Positions 1 to 15,197 of a DNA stretch of 64,000 nt are shown here, piece after piece. Under the pieces are notes generated by a model. That model searched no databases, had not been told where the DNA came from, and was given only the letters and a program-made list of their open reading frames with translations. The position numbers were made by a program, and so were the translations under genes. Numbering within the stretch: the first letter of the stretch is position 1; the number at the start of each line of letters is the position of its first letter. The stretch covers positions 34,906,001 through 34,970,000 of the forward strand of contig OX597833.1 of NCBI GenBank assembly GCA_951406725.2, given 5' to 3'. The stretch comes from Octopus vulgaris (taxonomy: Eukaryota).

Positions 1-650
1 TTTAATTATCAGTATATTACTGTCTTCAAATAATTAAACCTTTTTAATTTCTTTCAGTTACCAAGTTCAGATAAAAGCTAACACAAGAAATGAAAAGAAA
101 TGCAGTCAATCTTGCCATATGTGTACATTTAAAAATTTTCAATTTTCTAAATGTTGTAAGATCTTTTGTACACAAAGTTCGGGTGGAATTAGAAGCCTCT
201 TGCGGGAATATCTCAACTGTATCGAAGAGGAAAAAAACTTTGAAAACTTTCGGACACCACAAGGACACAGCAATTCAGCTAATGGGTTCAAAATATCAAT
301 GATGATCCCGGAAAAATCAATGATGGCCATCGTCAAAGAGCTCCAGGAATCGAAATGTACTCTCAGGATTGTGGTGCACTGGTACCTTTGGTACAAACTG
401 TATATACTAAAAAGAAAAAAAGTGAAGGCAATTCGTAATTGCCAAGACGCAGGGAGACCGTTTGATCCATCCTAAGCGGTTACTTAACAAGGTTAGAACC
501 CCTCAAAAACATGGCATGTTCGAACATTCTTCACTGATGTGTAAAGCTTCGACCAAGACGAAATGTCTTGACGGCTAAGAGGAGAAACGACAGATGGTTA
601 TGTACAGACCATTTCCATGTTCCCAGAGTGATTCACACTAAGTAACCAGT

Positions 651-987
651 CTGAGACCCCATTCGGTCACGACACAGACCATGGGATTGCACCTAGAAGT
701 TACCCTCCCAGGAACAAGTCCGGGCAAGGTTGTTTATGGAAGACCAGCAGTCGCCCATGCGTACCTGCCTCCCCTCTCCACGCCACCAGTGTTCCAAGGG
801 AAAGGCAAAGACCCATACAGCTTGGCACCTGTGACGTCGCAACTCATTTCTACAGCTGAATGAACTGAAGCAACGTGAAATAAAGTGCCTTGCTCAAGAA
901 CACAACACGCAGCCCGGCCCGGGATTCGAGCTCACAACCTCACGATTGTAAGCTCGACGCTCTAAACTCTGAGCCATGCGCCTTCAC
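651..987 (-). mobile_element. tRNA-derived SINE, family A
   Basis: Minus-strand head gtgaaggcgcatggctcagag..ctcgaatccc has A/B-box-like motifs. An 11-bp TSD aagtaaccagt lies at 640-650 and 988-998. Homologous to the copies at 21234 and 27213. Confidence 0.9.
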
Positions 988-1234
988 AAGTAACCAGTAA
1001 CTGCGACAATTTTAGGAGTGTGAGTGATGTAGGTCGTGTCATGTCGCCTCATATCTTTCCACAGTGCCTAATAATTGATGCTGCTGGATACATTTGAGGT
1101 GCTAGAGACAGTTGTTGGGCTCTGGATAGGTGAGATACGTAGTGGGAGATCAAACATGCCTCCACAAGATTCAATTTCATACAAAGCCTTTTTAACACAA
1201 GAACTGGATGTTAGACTATCTTTACAATTGTAAC

Positions 1235-2592
<1,358 letters not shown>

Positions 2593-2653
2593 TTAAATGT
2601 TTGACAACTCAGCACCGTCCATTGTACGGGGGGAGTTTTGCTCGTATACATAC

Positions 2654-2744
<91 letters not shown>

Positions 2745-2746
<2 letters not shown>

Positions 2747-2852
2747 AGTAGATTTGTATATTTTGTTTTATGTATATATTCCCATGCATATAGTTGCATG
2801 TCTAGATGCTCATATATACTTAAATAATAAACTTTTGGAAAGTTTTACAGGC
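2745..2852 (+). repeat. Short interspersed repeat between microsatellites
   Basis: Reverse-complement similarity to 58136-58240 (catgcatatagttgcat..tctaga..taataaac..tggaaagttttacag). Confidence 0.7.
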
Positions 2853-2920
2853 TATGTATGTATGTATGTATGTATGTATGTATGTATATATATATATATA
2901 TATATATACATACACATATA

Positions 2921-3096
2921 AATACACATTAAGTACAGGATATCACAAACGAGTGAAAAACACGTAAACACACAAGGAAAGCCTTGTGCTTTTCTCTCGT
3001 GTGTCTACGTGTTTTTCACTTCTTGGTGTTGTCCTGTACTTAATGTGTATTATTTATTTATAACTCAACGCCACGCAGTCGTGTCCACAGTAAGTT

Positions 3097-3097
<1 letters not shown>
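2921..3097. repeat. Imperfect fold-back island between (TA)n tracts
   Basis: aatacacattaagtacagga..gtgaaaaacacgta pairs with tacgtgtttttcac..tcctgtacttaatgtgtatt (2921-3051). Confidence 0.8.
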
Positions 3098-3153
<56 letters not shown>

Positions 3154-3688
3154 GAATGTGCATGTGTGTTGGTATACATACCTATTTGTGCGTACATATG
3201 TATATTATGTATATATGCATATGTCTTTATATGTATATTCCGTAAGATGCGGCGTGCAAGTCGACCTGACTACGAGTCGATCTTAGTCCTATACATAGCG
3301 TATGGATCCACCCACCCTCGCACATTTGATAAACTGTATTGGGGCTGTTCAAATTGATAGCTGTCAAAGGGATGCTCTGACTGATAAGTGAACTACAGAC
3401 GTGAGTGCTATATTAAAAATACGATAATATACTTTCTACAAAACAACTAAATAAAACACTTTTGATGACTTTTCCAGAAATGTCTTAATACCTATAATAT
3501 ACATTCTGAATAATATTTAGTAAAACACAGGAGAACATTTTGTATAAATTGTACTTAGCGTTTATCTCCGGCATTTGCATTTGTGATGCAAACAATCAAT
3601 CAATGATACACTAGTTCCACGCACTCAGCTACAAAACTGTCAATTATAGCCGTAGCCTTCTAGCTTTAATCATATTCAATTTCTAAAT

Positions 3689-4128
3689 AGTAAAGTTTAT
3701 TTGCCAACAGAATGTAGCAGTCCTACACAGGATGATGTTACTACGTTTTAGCCCCAGGAAAACATCTTTTCCAGCTGGCTACCCACACACGTATGAGCAA
3801 GGGAGGTTATCGCTCCCAGCTCTAGCCTTTGTGATACTCACAGACGTAGGTTTCTGGGTTGTTTCTCGTCCTTGGTGTGAGACAATCGCAGACTGGTGAT
3901 GAAGGCTTATTCGACTTGCTCATACTATATACTTTTCAAAACGACAGACAGTTGCTGATCTCATAAAGAGAAAAACAACTAATTTTAAATCTCTGAGCGA
4001 AAGATATGCAGTAACAGTACTGAACAGTAAAGTTTATTTGCCAACAGGATGTGGCAGTCCTACACAGGACGATGTTACTATTGTTTAGCCCCAGGAAAAC
4101 ATCTTTTCCGGCTGGCTACCGACATACA
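3689..4128. repeat. About 100-bp direct repeat pair, 337 bp apart
   Basis: agtaaagtttatttgccaacag..gcagtcctacacagga..tttagccccaggaaaacatcttttcc..gctggctacc occurs at 3689-3790 and 4026-4128. Confidence 0.85.
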
Positions 4129-4361
4129 GTTTGTGTCTGTACTATTATCACTGAAAATATTTTATCTCCTGGGCTCTAACAGCAAAAAGAATGAAATGTA
4201 ACGTTACTTTGAAACTGAAAATTAATGTATTTGTGATTTTCAATTTACAGTGAGGCAGCGAAAAAATAAAAAAAAGTGCATCTTCGCTTCCCTGAATCAG
4301 ACATATAGAAGATTCGATTAATGAAATCGACAAAATAGTTATATAATTAACCAAACTATAT

Positions 4362-4930
4362 CATACACTTAAGTGGGCGAATACACATACACTAAGGTGT
4401 GCTAAAACACGTACACTTAAAGGCAAACATACGCACACTTAGGTGGGCAAACACGCATACACTTAAGTGGGCGAACACACATGCACTTAAGTGGGCGAAC
4501 ACACACTTAAGTGGGCGAACACACATACACTTAAGTGGGCAAAAACATACAATTACCTGAGAAAAACACATACAGTTAAGTGGGCAAACATACATATACT
4601 TAATTGGGCTAAAATGCATACACTCAAGTAGGCGAACGCACATGCACTTAAGTGGGAAAACACACATATACTTAAGTGGGCAAAAATGCATACATTTAAG
4701 TAGGCAAACACATATGCACTTAGGTGGGCAAATACATATATACTTAAGTGGGAAAGGACACATACATATCAGTAAGTAAACACTTAATATATACTTAATA
4801 ATTTGGGCAAAAACATACACTTAAGTAGGCAAACACACATACACTTAAGTGGGAAAAACACGATTACGAAGGCAAAAACACGTACATTTAAGTGGGTAAA
4901 CACATATACGTACTCAAACACTCAAGTGGA
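4362..4930. repeat. Minisatellite, unit about 22 bp (cacatacacttaagtgggcaaa)
   Basis: About 25 degenerate tandem copies with the core cacttaagtggg. Explains the Cys-rich ORF 4392-4820. Confidence 0.9.
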
Positions 4931-5985
4931 GAAAAACACAAAAAGAAAACAAGTGTTTTTCGATTTAGGAAAGAATTGAAATTGTAGCAGAAGACAGATT
5001 GCACAGAAACTCTCAGTAGACTTTGATGAAATAATTATAAATTCCTACCGATATATCATTAGATTGAAGAAGCAATACCACTATCCAGTGTCAGAGTAGT
5101 TATATGAATGAAACCCCAGGTGCCTTTTTTATATGTTTATCAATAAAACTGCTGACATCAACTGTTAAAATAAAATAGCTATTCTAATGGAAAAAAAATT
5201 GAGTTCACTATTATATTAAGCCGCCTCTTAGACGGAACCAAATTAAAACCAATAGTTTATTTTTGAATGAAAAACAAAGCCAAATATAAAGTGACAGCCA
5301 TGTGTTTTTGTTCAAGTTTATGAGAAAGATTGGTTTGAGATATCTGGAGTACATTTATGGATTGAAAATATGTGGAATAGGCGCCCATATCGTTTAAGAA
5401 GCCAAAACGAATGCGAAATCTCATAAGGCTCGGTGCCATCGATTGTGTCACTAACATTGTACGATTTTCTTTAGCAATTGATAGTTAGAAATAAACATGG
5501 CAAATAGTGTATATGTGTTCGTGCTTCGGCGAGAGAAAACATTAATTTAACAAATTACTTACAGGAGAAGGCTCAGTATTCTTGATCTTCGCGAATGACA
5601 AGACTGGTGGGGATTGATGCGGCTGATTTTCGGGGTGAATACCTATAGGTCAGAGTCTGCAGCAAGAAAGCGAGTAGATTAAGTTGGTTCGAATGTTTGC
5701 AACAGAGTGAATTCAGCTAAAGAGGCAAATTAAAAAAAAACAAAAAAGAAAACAAAAAAACATAGAGGGAGTGAGTAAGAGAAGAGACAGAAAAATGATG
5801 GAAGAAAAGATGGGAGAACAAAAGTTGGAACGTAAAATGAAAGGAAATAATAAAGACATAAGAACACGACGAAAGAAAGAAAGAAAAGGAAAATACACAA
5901 AGAAAACTACGTAAGAAAAAAGAGAATGGAAAAGAATAAAAAATAAACGAAAATAAGAAGGAATAGAAATGAATAAAAAGAGAGA

Positions 5986-6392
5986 GGCGCAGGAGTGGCT
6001 ATGTGGTAAGTAGCTTGCTAACCAACCACATGGTTCCGGGTTCAGTCCCACTGCGTGGCATCTTGGGCAAGTGTCTTCCGCTATAGCCCCGGGCCGACCA
6101 ATGCCTTGTGGATTTGGTAGACGGAGACTGAAAGAAGCCTGTCGTATATATGTATATATATATGTGTGTGTGTATGTGTTTGTGTGTCTGTGTTTGTTCC
6201 CCTAGCATTGCTTGACAACCGATGCTGGCGTGTTTACGTCCCCGTCACTTAGCGGTTCGGCAAAAGAGACCGATAGAATAAGAATTGGGCTTACAAAGAA
6301 TAAGTCCCGGGGTCGATTTGCTCGACTAAAGGCGGTGCTCCAGCATGGCCGCAGTCAAATGACTGAAACAAGTAAAAGAGTAAAAGAGTAAA
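5986..6392 (+). mobile_element. SINE family B, full length
   Basis: Head ggcgcaggagtggctatgtggtaag..ggttcagtcc, internal TA/TG tract, tail gactgaaacaagtaaaagagtaaaagag. More than 10 copies in the window. Confidence 0.9.
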
Positions 6393-6623
6393 GAGAGAAA
6401 AAAGAATAGAAAACTATTCTCATATCTTTGTGTATGTGTATATGTGTATAAGCTTTCTGACCGGATGGTTCCGAGTTCAGTCCCAGTGCGTGCTATCTTG
6501 GGTAATATCTTCTACTATAGCCCTTGGTCAACTAAATCCTTGTGAATGGATTTCGCAGATGGAAACTGGAAAAAGTCCGTCGTATACACACACACACACA
6601 CACATATATATATCTTTTATACT

Positions 6624-6734
6624 CTAGGCACAAGGCCCGAAATTTTTGGCAAAGTCGACCTCGGCGGAATTTGAACTCAGAACATAACGGCAGACGAAAT
6701 ACGGCTACGCATTTCGCCCGTACTAACGTTTCTG
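6624..6734 (-). mobile_element. SINE family C, internally deleted
   Basis: Reverse complement of cagaaacgttag..gttctgagttcaaattccgccgaggtcgactttg (compare 10209). Confidence 0.8.
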
Positions 6735-6743
6735 ATATATATA

Positions 6744-7454
6744 TGGGTGCCAAGAGAGGTTACCGAAGCGCATAAGCGCAATCGTGTGGAGATCTATCAA
6801 CGCTTAATCGACCACTACAACAGTGAAGGCAAAGGTTCTTTGGAGAGAATAGTCACAGGAGATAAGACCTGGGTCCATAATTTTCAGCCAGAATCCAAAA
6901 GACAGAGTATGGAGTGGAAACACCTCGAATCACCAGCAAAAATAAAATTCAAGATTTAACTTGCCGCAGAAAAAATGATGCTAAGCATTACCTGGCAAAA
7001 TGGGTCTACAGTCACCGGTGTAGGCTACAGGGAAATGCTGGCCAACAAACTAAAACCAGTAATACGCACCAGACGCTGAGATCTTTAGTCAAAGTAAGTA
7101 TTATTGTTGCACAACAATGCACACCCATATAAAGCCGTCCACAGCATCGAAACCTTTGAAAACTTAGGTATACAGTTCAGATTTCGTTCCTTCTGACAAT
7201 CGCTTCTGTAGACCGAACATCATTTATAAGGTCGTCAATTTGCTTCGGATGAAGAAGTGCAGGAAGTAGTGCATAAATGATTGTGCGACCAACCAAAATC
7301 CTTCTCCGGTGGAATAGACCACCTTGTGGACCGTTAGAAGTGCATCGAGAAGCAAGGAGGCTACGTCGAAAAAATGATGTAACTGCTCAACCTCTGCTTT
7401 TGCTTTAATAAATTACAGAAATAAAAGTACATATGATTTTTAACTTACCCTCGT
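6744..7454 (+). mobile_element. 5'-truncated decayed mariner transposon
   Basis: WVPREVT..ERIVTGDKTWVHNFQPESKRQSMEWKH (WVPxxL and TGDETW-like motifs), HNNAHP, and 3' TIR-like aacttaccctcgt. Confidence 0.9.
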
Positions 7455-8046
7455 GAACAAACCACCATCGCTTGACAAACGGTATTGGGTTGTTTACGTC
7501 CACTAAGTAGCAGTTCTGCAAAAGTGATCGATAGAAAAAAAAATACTGGGGTTGATTGATTCGTCTAAAACTCTCCTAGGTTGTGCTGCAGCATGGCTGT
7601 GATCCAATGACTGAAACAAGTAAACATTAAAAGATGAAAGGTGTAGAAATATCGCAATTGAAGCTTTTAGGATTGGTTCGTTTTATGGCGATGAGTTGTA
7701 GATAAAGTTTGTGGTTTTGTAGTAAGTAGCTGCTCGATGGTTTCACAGCCTCATTATTCCTCCTACCACACACACATATACACTCATTACTTACCGCAGT
7801 CACCACTACATAGGAAAGAGGTTTGAAAACTTAATCTAAAAATTAAGGTTCGGCTCTTATGGTTACGGTTTGCGGTTTGTGGTTTAGTACCGGTGATCCT
7901 TTTAGATAATTTTACAGCAGCTCCCTGCTTATCACATATTACTATCACTACTTGGGGAAGGGCGACATGAAACCTTTAAGGGCTGGCTGGTTTGGTTACG
8001 ATTTGTGGTTTTGTGGCGAAGATTTCGCATTACAGACTCTTATTGA

Positions 8047-8668
<622 letters not shown>

Positions 8669-8834
8669 AATACATACATACATACATACACACACACACG
8701 TGTGTGTGTGTGTGTGTGTGTGTGCGTGTGTACGTGTGTACGTACGTGTATGTGTTTGTATATTTGTGCATATGTGGATTCTATGATGGTGTAATTTCCC
8801 TTTATTCAACGTTTATTTCATAGCGATTTTGTCT

Positions 8835-8897
8835 TAATAACTGATGAGATGCCAGAGCAGACTTCAGCCACGGCATCCGAAATTCTGAGTTTTATTA
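8835..8897 (+). ncRNA. Type I hammerhead ribozyme-like motif
   Basis: taataa CTGATGA GATGCC-18nt-GGCATC c GAAA TTC t GAG T T ttatta: stem I 6 bp, stem II 6 bp, tiny stem III, GUU site. Confidence 0.7.
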
Positions 8898-8940
8898 TGA
8901 CAACCAACTAATTGTCACATACTATACATACATGCATACA

Positions 8941-9004
<64 letters not shown>

Positions 9005-9006
<2 letters not shown>

Positions 9007-9375
9007 GCAGTCTTATTGTTACGTCTTGTTTGTGTTCGTACTCATTTTGCCCCGCTGCTTGGAATTTTATTTTAATTCTCTCGCAGGAAGGCCTATTGGA
9101 TTAGTGTTCTGTTATGCCTTCGAAACATGCCTGACTCCTCTAGCGACAGCTGATGACGGGGGTTTTGTCCTTGTGTAGCTCGTCCTGTATTTGTTTTTCG
9201 TTTTCTTGTTTTTCGTTTTCCGTTTTCTTGTTTTTTGTTTTTGGGCTTTTTCCGTTTCTACGTCTTATAGTGATGTCCTGTACTCCCGTATAATTATTTA
9301 TATATGCATGTATATATACATGTAGATGTAGGTACGTACATCTATGTTTGTTTGCATCCATATATTTTTATCTCC
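9005..9375 (+). repeat. Interspersed repeat with signature catgtagatgtaggtacgtac
   Basis: gctga.ga.gggg..ttt.ccttgtgt..gtcctg and the signature are shared with 56690-56990. The signature also occurs on the minus strand at about 14770-14795. Confidence 0.65.
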
Positions 9376-9376
9376 T

Positions 9377-9420
<44 letters not shown>

Positions 9421-10208
9421 ATATATATAAATATATATATATATATATACGTGCATACACTCACACTTACTACCTTTACAACCATAGTCACCAATTTTCG
9501 GGTAGCGACTGAATATTTGATAAAAAAAAACAACAAAAAACAAAATAATAATAATAAATGAAATGAAAAAATAAAAATGAAGAAATAAAAATCAATGGTT
9601 TGTTTGTGTTGTTGAGGTGATTACAATTAGTGTTGTTCATTAGCCTGATCAAATAGACGTTTGATCGAAGCGTACAAACCCAAGTTATCCTTTCAACGAA
9701 TATATATATATATACTTCCTTTTGTAAATTGTTAACGCGCAGCAGGACAGCATTAAGCTGCTTTTTCTAGCAGTTGGTGCGACCATGTAGAGGCTTCTTC
9801 GACAGTTCAACGCAATTGTCGTTAAATTTTGGGGTGCGGTATAGTAGCGGCGATGATGCTAAATGTAATTGGAGTTTATGGTACAATAGTAATGAAAATG
9901 GGAGCGGAGGTGATTGTATATTGTTGTTGTTGTTGCAGGTGATGGTGGAGGTGGTCTTAGGAATAGTTGTGGTTAACGATGTAGTTGTGTGCAGACGATG
10001 ATGATAATAATAAGTGTTAAGTGTGAATAAATGAGAAGGATTGTCTGTTTTATTGCGGTTGTTGTGTGTAATGGTGCAAGTTGATGTGGTTAGTGAAAGT
10101 AAATGATGGGGAGGTGATGTTGAGGTGGATGCGGTTTTAGAGGTACTTTAAGGGATGGTTGTGGTTGTCCTCATAGAGCTGACTGATGCGGTTAAGGGCT
10201 GCCGTTGA

Positions 10209-10446
10209 GGCGGTGAGCTGGCAGAAACGTTAGTACGCCGGGCGAAATGCTTAGCGGTATTTCGTCTGCCGCTACGTTCTGAGTTCAAATTCCGCCGAGG
10301 TCGACTTTGACTTTCATATTTTCGGGGTCGATTAAATAAGTATCAGTTACGCACTAGGGTCGATATAATCGACTTAATCCGTTTGTCTGTCCTTGTTTGT
10401 CCTCTCTGTGTTTAGCCCCTTGTGGGTAGTAAAGAAATAGGTATTT
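10209..10446 (+). mobile_element. SINE family C, full length
   Basis: ggcggtgagctggcagaaacgttag (A-box-like), gagttcaaattcc (B-box), tail gccccttgtgggtagtaaagaaataggt. Confidence 0.9.
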
Positions 10447-10960
10447 GAGGTAAGTTGTTCGGCTCTAGGATAACCCTAATTGAACCAGAGCTATGATCAG
10501 TAACAACCCAACCGTGACCATCTCTTCTTTGTAGGTGTCTAACATACATTATTCAGTGTTTTGCTTTGGCTAATTTGGTAGGATTTTACTGGAGAGAGAT
10601 TTGGTCTCAATTTCTAGCACTTCGTGCGACCACGTTGAGGTTATGTTGTGTGTGTGTGTGTGTGTGGTTATTGCGTGTTATCAAGTGGAGGGTAAGAAAG
10701 GAGAAGTTGTTAAGCAATCTGACGTGGCCACCACTACGAACCAACCACAAACAGGAGCATCATAAGCCAATGAATTTTTATGCAGTCTCTGGACCTTGCT
10801 AGAAAGAACAGTCAAGTTTCTTTCAAATTACACACCACCAACATGAGAAAGGAAAGCACAATCGAAATGTCGGTCCTTGCTGGAATAATATCTTTGATCC
10901 ACAGGCCTGCTCCATCAGGGGCGACTTGGAGCTAAAAAAAACAAAACAAAAACAACAATA

Positions 10961-11470
<510 letters not shown>

Positions 11471-12267
11471 GTTGCTTTCGTCTTCCGTCAAACTTACCTC
11501 CAAACTATACCCGCCTTTCATCTCCTTCTCCCACCTCCACTCTCTTGGTACTGCCATTAACACGGACATCACCAAAACATCGGAAGGATCAAGAGTTAGC
11601 CAAGACAAAGGATAGCGTCGTCGATTTTGTTGTTATTTCTACCTTTGATGGTTCCCGATATCCTAGAAGCTCTTTCCTTTTACCTTCCCCTTCCTCTCTA
11701 TCATTTCTCCCAATCTCCTCTATTACTAATATTTGCTTCCCATCTCCTTTTTTTTTATCTCTTTCTTTCTCAATTTTTGCTCTTTTTCTTTCTTTCCTTT
11801 CTCTTCTCTTACTATTTCGCTCCTTCGCTTTTTCTCTCACATGAATATCAACGGTCACCATTTCCTTTCATATATTTATAAATATATTATACATACATAT
11901 TTTATACATTCGTAATCTAATAATGAAATTGGTAAATATATTAACGCACTGAAACAACACTAAATTTTGCGATGTGGTGCTGTTAATTGAATCGTTCCTT
12001 ATACACATCACTGAGCCATTGTTTTGTTATTGAACTCAGAATGCAAAGGACAGCAACTAAATATCTCAAGGCAATTTGTTTAACTTTCTGCCATTTCTGC
12101 AAATATTAAATGCCAGTATTTCTTTAGATGGTGTCTACAGAGTCATTTTTACCGTGACGTGCGTTCTGCCGGGGCATATTTACCTTAAAGTGTTGTCTAC
12201 CTGAGATATTTTATATGCCAAGTTGGATAGATAACACAAAATTACGCTTTCTAAAAGAATTTGTTAA

Positions 12268-12325
<58 letters not shown>

Positions 12326-12544
12326 ACGGTTATATATATATAACTGAGAAATCCAAGATGGCTGCCGGCAGATGGGCCGCTATTGGTCAAGGAAGGTCAC
12401 GTGGTGTCACTATATGTTCACTCAGTCGTATAGATGCATGCATGCATGCATACATACATACATACATACATACATACATACATACATGCATACATACATA
12501 CATACATGCATACATACATGCATACGTACATAGGAATATATATA

Positions 12545-12845
12545 TATCTGCTTCGGCCTACACAGTGTTGCCATCTTGGTAATATGCGCAGGGAATGTTG
12601 CATCATTACTCAGAAGGATTACCAGATCACGCACCGATCCTAACTCTGGGACTGCACTGCCCCTTGGTCCTAAATATTCCTATTGTAGTCTGTTTGTGGA
12701 CCGATAGCTGAGTGCTTGAAACTTATCAGCATTGAACTGCACATTATTTTCATCAGCCCGTTTGTATATTGCATGCAGGTCGTTCTGCAGTTTTAGTATT
12801 TCATCAGTGTCCTTGACCGTCTGTGATACTGTTGTATCATCAGAG
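12545..12845 (-). mobile_element. LINE reverse transcriptase fragment (CR1/L2/Jockey group)
   Basis: SDDTTV..LQNDLHAIYKRADENNVQFNADKFQALSY and VRDLVILLSNDATFPAHI match RT domains 5-7 and the downstream region. Confidence 0.8.
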
Positions 12846-13119
12846 TGTGAGTGGCTGACTGTACGACTGTGGGCATGTCTGAGAGAGCTACTACAAACTG
12901 TAGTGGTCCCAGTACTGTTCCCTGAGGAATTCCGCTGCGGATTCACGTCTTCCCAGCGAGAGCACCGGTGGCTGCAACTATCTGACTTTTATCTTTTAAA
13001 ATTCACGCAGCCACTCCCCCAGTTTTCCAGTGAGACTGAGGTCACGAAATTTGTGACATATCATGCCATGATCAACACTGCTAAATATTCTATGAATGAT
13101 CATATACTTTATTATCATT

Positions 13120-13420
13120 GTGAAAGTGCGTGGTGCATTTGTTAGGGTACTTAGGTTACGATCGTAAGGTCGTGAGTTCGATTCCTGGCAGCACGTTGTG
13201 TTGTGTCCTTGAACAAGACACTTTATTCCATTCAGTCAACTCACCCGGCAAAAATGAGTGGCACCCATGATTGTCACATTCTGTGTCATAGTGGATCTCC
13301 CTGAGAACTATGTTCAAAGTACGCGTGTCTGAACCACTTGCACGTTAATTTCACAAGCAGGCTGTTCCATTGATTGGATCAACTGGAACACTCGTCGTCT
13401 TAACCGACGGAGTACCAGTT
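13120..13420 (+). mobile_element. SINE family D (head like family A, different tail)
   Basis: gtgaaagtgcgtgg..gagttcgattcc..ccttgaacaagacacttt, then tail cacttgcacgttaatttcac..gatcaactggaac..gacggagtaccagt. Confidence 0.85.
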
Positions 13421-14877
13421 TCTTCTTTGTTATTTTTATTATAATTCAAAACGAAATCGTGTCATATCATCCATATTAATGACAAAGACTTCAGATCACA
13501 TCTTCATTTAAATCATTTAACGAAATCACTAATGAATCATCTGCATCTTTTCTAATCACTTTTCAGTGACTAGAATACAAATGCATCATTATCTTCAGAT
13601 AGATGAACTTGGTCGCCATTTGGCACTTTCCTCTCTCCCTCTCCAGCAATTCTTGCTTCGCCAATTAGTATGGGATTAACCCGCACTTGCTCATACACAT
13701 TGAGAAATGATGATTCCACACACCTTTCGGTTCAGTACCAGAAGACTTTTCTGTTAAACTCACTGTTGTGTTTCCATTACAAAAAGAGAATGCATTCATA
13801 AAATTTTGCACGAACTAAGATGGCAGTGAACTTTGTTGCTTGTCCCTGTAAAATGGAAGAATCCATTTGAAGTATGATCCCTTTGCAAGGACAGCGAAAT
13901 ACAGAATTGTATCGTCCATCACTTTTTCTGTTTTTTTTTTCTGTTTTTTTTTTCTCTCATTACCGTACGACATCAATGATAATGCTCTGCTCTTATGGTG
14001 GTGTGCCCGATGGTTTCCAAGTAAAATTGCAGTCATGGTGTATTCTAATGATATTTTTGTAAAAACCTTTCAAGAGTGTTGTAGAGAGTAAAATGTGTTA
14101 ACAATATTCTTCGATTGAAGTTGCAAAGTTTGGCATTCGTTGTTCATCCTTTTATATGGTTAGGTCCGTTCATATCGGGTCATATCAGGTCAAGTGAGGT
14201 CAGGTAGAGTTCTTTATTGTTCTGCCTTAGTAATCGGATCAGGTCAAGGACTGAAAGTGAGAAATGCTATTGACAACGAGAAACTACATGGTAACAGCAA
14301 TCATTTGTAAAGATGGAGCAATCTCCATGTATGTAGGTAAGAACATACGATCTGCCGCACATGTAGTTTACGTTACTTTAATATATAGCTTACTAATATA
14401 TTACGTCTGTCTGTCTGTTTGTCTGTATGAATGTATGCATGTATGTTTGTATGTATGCGTGCGTCTGTTTGTGTGTGTGTATGTATGTATGTGTGTGTGT
14501 ATGCTTGCATTTATGTATGTATGTAAGTATGTATGTATGTAAGTACGTATGTAAGTATGTATGTATTGGCTATCTTTTTTAATTATTGAAATTCTTCCAA
14601 CAAAGAAACAAAGCTCCAACTCTGGAATTAGCATAACAAAGACAAGTGTTATATACTCTTTTACTTGTTCGAAGTGAGAATTCGAAAAATCGAAAATTCA
14701 AACGAACCCGACGCGAAGCGCTGTCAGACAATAGTGTAATAAATAAAATATATGCATACATACAAACATATATGTACGTACCGACATCTACATATATATA
14801 TATCCATACACACACACACATGTATGTATGTATGCATGTATGCATGCTTGCATGTATATACATATATATATGTTTAC

Positions 14878-14943
<66 letters not shown>

Positions 14944-14988
14944 ACTTTATTATTAAAGCTACAAAAACATGACAAAAATATCACAAAA

Positions 14989-15030
14989 AACTGCTACTCA
15001 GAGTCTCTCGTTTCCGTTTGTCGGACAGTT
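14989..15030 (-). ncRNA. Degenerate hammerhead-like motif (same family as 37698)
   Basis: Minus strand reads aactgt CCGACAA acg gaaa cga GAGA CTC t GAG TA gcagtt. The flank agtaagcacat.aatgt is shared with 37683. Confidence 0.45.
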
Positions 15031-15197
15031 TTGTTTCACATTAATGTGCTTACTCTGGTCTCGAACCCACAAGAGTAAACAAGAGAGACAGAGACAGGCA
15101 GAAGCAAGGAAAATGCCACTTGTATTTGAACACTACGCAAATATTCTTTAAAAAAAACTTTTCCTATTTTTCCAAAATTTAATTGTTTTCCATTCCA

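Noticed and set aside
4362-4930. CRISPR-like array, or Cys-rich protein ORF 4392-4820
   Set aside because: Head-to-tail minisatellite without unique spacers, in a eukaryotic context with no cas genes.
9150-9175. CTGATGA / CTGAAGA at 9150 and 56718 as hammerhead cores
   Set aside because: No downstream GAAA with stem III and stem I. Isolated CTGANGA hits (also 19658, 31878, 41401) are expected by chance.
13600-14100. Possible Merlin/ISXO2-like transposase remnant on the minus strand
   Set aside because: Only vague fragments (KGSYF, NPILIGE) and no catalytic motif, so unsupportable without BLASTX.
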